From positions 24,379,237 to 24,443,236 of the forward strand of contig NC_092672.1 of assembly GCF_964355755.1 (NCBI RefSeq): a stretch of 64,000 nucleotides of DNA, read 5' to 3'. Below the pieces are notes generated by a model. That model saw only the letters and a list, made by a program, of their open reading frames with translations. It was not told the origin of the DNA and did no database searches. The stretch is from Antedon mediterranea (lineage: Eukaryota; Animalia; Echinodermata). Below are positions 60,844 through 64,000 of the stretch, piece after piece. The position numbers were made by a program, and so were the translations under genes. The stretch's first letter is position 1; each line of letters begins with the position of its first letter.

Positions 60844-63800
60844 AACTAGAATTTAATTCGTCACTTTGACGAATTATAGGTGATCATTTTTATCATTTTA
60901 ATGAAATTAACATTTTTTAAACTTGCATGTACGTTAACATACTATCGTAAAAAGTTGATGTACGCCATCCTATGACATGATGCATATACACTTATAGTGC
61001 TGAGTTGTACCTATTATGTGTCATATACAATATGTACAGTATATACTGTATATCTATATACAGTGTAGCATAGGTGAAATTACTGGACCCACATCATGTA
61101 AATTTTTGGTATGATGGAATTATCAAAATAAACTTGAAGATGACAATTTCGAAAGATAATGAATTGAGCAAATAAATATAAGGATTGAAAGAGAATTTGA
61201 CACGTAGAAGCGCAATGCGCGCTCTTTGAAATTTGTATAACTTTGACTAAAGAAATTTAAAAACTACTTTTTAACTTCAACTGGCCATATGATAACATCA
61301 CAACATCTGATAGGCTTAATTTTTATATGAATCCATATCTACATTTCATCAGCTTTCATAATAAGTAATAATCTTCAAGGTCACCTTTAATTCTGAAGAG
61401 CCGTCAAATATTCAAATATATAGTGAAGGTGAAATTACACGACCTACGTTATTCAAATTTTTACACGTGATGACGTCATCAAAATGAAAATATTGACAAC
61501 TCATGAGAAAGATAATTGATTGAGCAAGCACATACTAAAATTTGTGCGAAAATCGGGCTCAAATAACGGAGATGAGCTCTATTGAATGTGATAACCTACA
61601 CAAAACAAAAAAAAATCCTAATTTTTAAATTGAAGTGGCCATTTGATGACGTAATACCATTTTGTACGTCTAATATGTATATACATTTATATCTACAATT
61701 TATTGGCTTCCATATTAAGTATAAAAAATTGGGGGTCATCGTGCATTCTGAAGAATTATTTTCATTGTAAAAATGCCTTATTTTTCATCATTTTCAGCAC
61801 TTTTATGCAATTAATGTGTGCATTTTGTCATTTTTAACATGCTCGTATAGCGTTATTTTAAGTCGGAACGGACTCGAATTTGGTGATTTTACTAAGGATG
61901 GTGAGTAGAATGCGATTTCTACAAAAAATTCGTATTTTTACGCTTTTTAAGAATCGCGCGCGCAAAAACGCATTTTTGCGCAGTAATTTTTTGAAACACG
62001 CAAATGGCCTAATTCATGCTCTAAATTGATCAAAACTTAATTTTAAGCTTTTTAAATTTTTAACGCGCGATTTCACGCGCATGAACCTAAGTGCACGTGC
62101 GTTTTTATTTGCTAATATTTTTACCCTTGACCTGAAGTTTATGTATAGTGAATTTCATTAATATGTGATAATGAATTATGGAGATATGATTGATAATGTG
62201 ATTTCACAAAATGGCGTATACGTGACGTCACGGATGAGTGATTATGCTGAAAAGCTTATTAGGACTAAGTTACAGTATTTGAAAGACATTGTGAAATTTT
62301 GGTAATCATTGACATTAAACTTTTTTAGATATTTGTTACACAAAATAGTGCCCAGAAACAATAATAACAACTAGACATGTAACTCTTCACTTTGACGAGT
62401 TTGGTTATCCGCCGCGCAAGTGGTGCAACATTAACATTAAAGGGATAGGTTGAGGACAAAAGGAAGTGTTCACGTTGGCATTATGACCTGAACTGAAGAA
62501 TATGATATGTTGTTATTGCTGAATTTTATTATTTAAATTCATATATAGTATACACAGTATAATCTGTATCCATATCACATACATTGTAGAATAGGTGACA
62601 TTACGGGACCCGCTATTTATTGCAATTTCTAACATGTTGACGGTTTTAAAATGAAACGCAAAGTTAGCAATTCCGAAAGAAAATTATCTCAGCAACAACG
62701 TATTAGCGTGTAGAAGAAATTTGAATACGTGAAATATTGATGCGCGCTCTTTTAAATGTAATGAATTATGACGCAAAAGATGAAAATACGACCTTTTTTA
62801 TTTAACTGGCCATATGATGACGTCACAACATCCGATTGGCAACACTTTTACATAATTTCGTATCTACAATCCAATAGCTTCCAGAAAAAGTTTTAATCGT
62901 GATTATCACATTTTATTCTTACGAGCTATAACAGATTAAAATTTACTGTAAAGATGAAATTGATGCCACAGGTGATTTAAATTTTTAGGCATGATGACGT
63001 CAAAAAAATTAAAATATTTTTAACTCATGCGAAAGATAGTTGATTGACCTACACAATATCAAAATCGGGGTGAAAATGGAAAACGGATAAGTGGAGATCC
63101 GCTCTATTCAATGTGATGAGCTATGACGAAAGATACAAAAATCCTAAATTTTATATTCGCGTGACCATACGATGACGTCATAATGTCCGGTTAGTCATAT
63201 TAATACCTGATCCGATATCTACAACTCATCTACTTCCAGAATATGTCATCCACAAAAATTTGACCGTCTAGTTTAGAAATTACGACTGTTTTAAAAATGG
63301 CATATTTTAAACGAATTTTTTAACCTTTTCATAAAAAACGCGCGCAAATTGTCCAATTCGACGTGCTCGTATGACGTATCTTTAAGTCGAAATTGTTTAA
63401 AATTTGGTAAAATTACTAGAAAAGGCTGGAAAAACATAAATCACGCGAAAAAAATACGTTTTCAATGCTACGTGCGCACCGCACACGTAAAAATGTGCGC
63501 ACGCGTGGGAATTTTTGACATGCTTAAAACGACATGAAACGCGTAGAAAGTATATTATAAATTAATTTTGCGCATTTTGAAATTTTAAATGCGCGTGCGC
63601 GCGTAACTTTGTGTAAAACACGCAATTTTTTTTCAACAGAAAGTTAGCGCATGATATAAATTAAACTTTTGCAAAGTTTCAAGTTGAAATGTTATTTGGT
63701 TGTCGACCTATGTTAAATACGACAAAACCGTTAAATCGCGCGTAAGTCACGTTGCGCAATTGTAAACGTCATGAAAAGCTTCGCTTGACGACGTTACGTA

Positions 63801-64000
63801 AATGTCAATATGTTAAGATAGTTACCGAAATGTTATGTTTGCGAGTTTTGGAGAAAAGCGTTACACAAAAATCATACAGAAAGAAAGAAGAAGAACTAGA
63901 CATGTAACTCGTCACTTTGACGAGTTAGTTATCCGCACGACAAAGGCCACGTGCACGTCATACGTTAGAATATTGCACACAGAAAAAGATTATGGCAATA
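60844..64000 (-). repeat. Tandem array of diverged 1525-bp Helentron-like units, running off the window
   Basis: AACTAGA plus hairpin AACTCGTCA-CTT-TGACGAGTT at 60844, 62369 and 63894, with internal motifs recurring at about the same offset. Confidence 0.7.

Overview
AT-rich animal genomic DNA, most likely a marine invertebrate (inference from spliceosomal introns and the transposon repertoire). The backbone is a + strand ankyrin-repeat gene built from one-repeat-per-exon cassettes (4259, 14189, 15434, 30753, plus degenerate ones at 43091 and 53464) separated by very long introns. The introns hold a spliced PIF/Harbinger element (transposase plus MADF-BESS partner), a young gypsy-like LTR element with CG..CG termini and a 3-bp TSD, an intact-ORF piggyBac, a Kolobok derivative (KolX plus transposase C-terminus) nested in a foldback-like element, Sola-like and Academ-like non-autonomous elements, many MITEs, Helentron/DINE-1-like elements, LINE 3' fragments and a Penelope-type minimal hammerhead motif. 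The most notable signal is three recently duplicated 99-nt ankyrin exons whose amino-acid differences cluster at the target-binding surface, with piggyBac-linked rearrangements at the duplication junctions. All calls were made by eye, without alignments or database searches.
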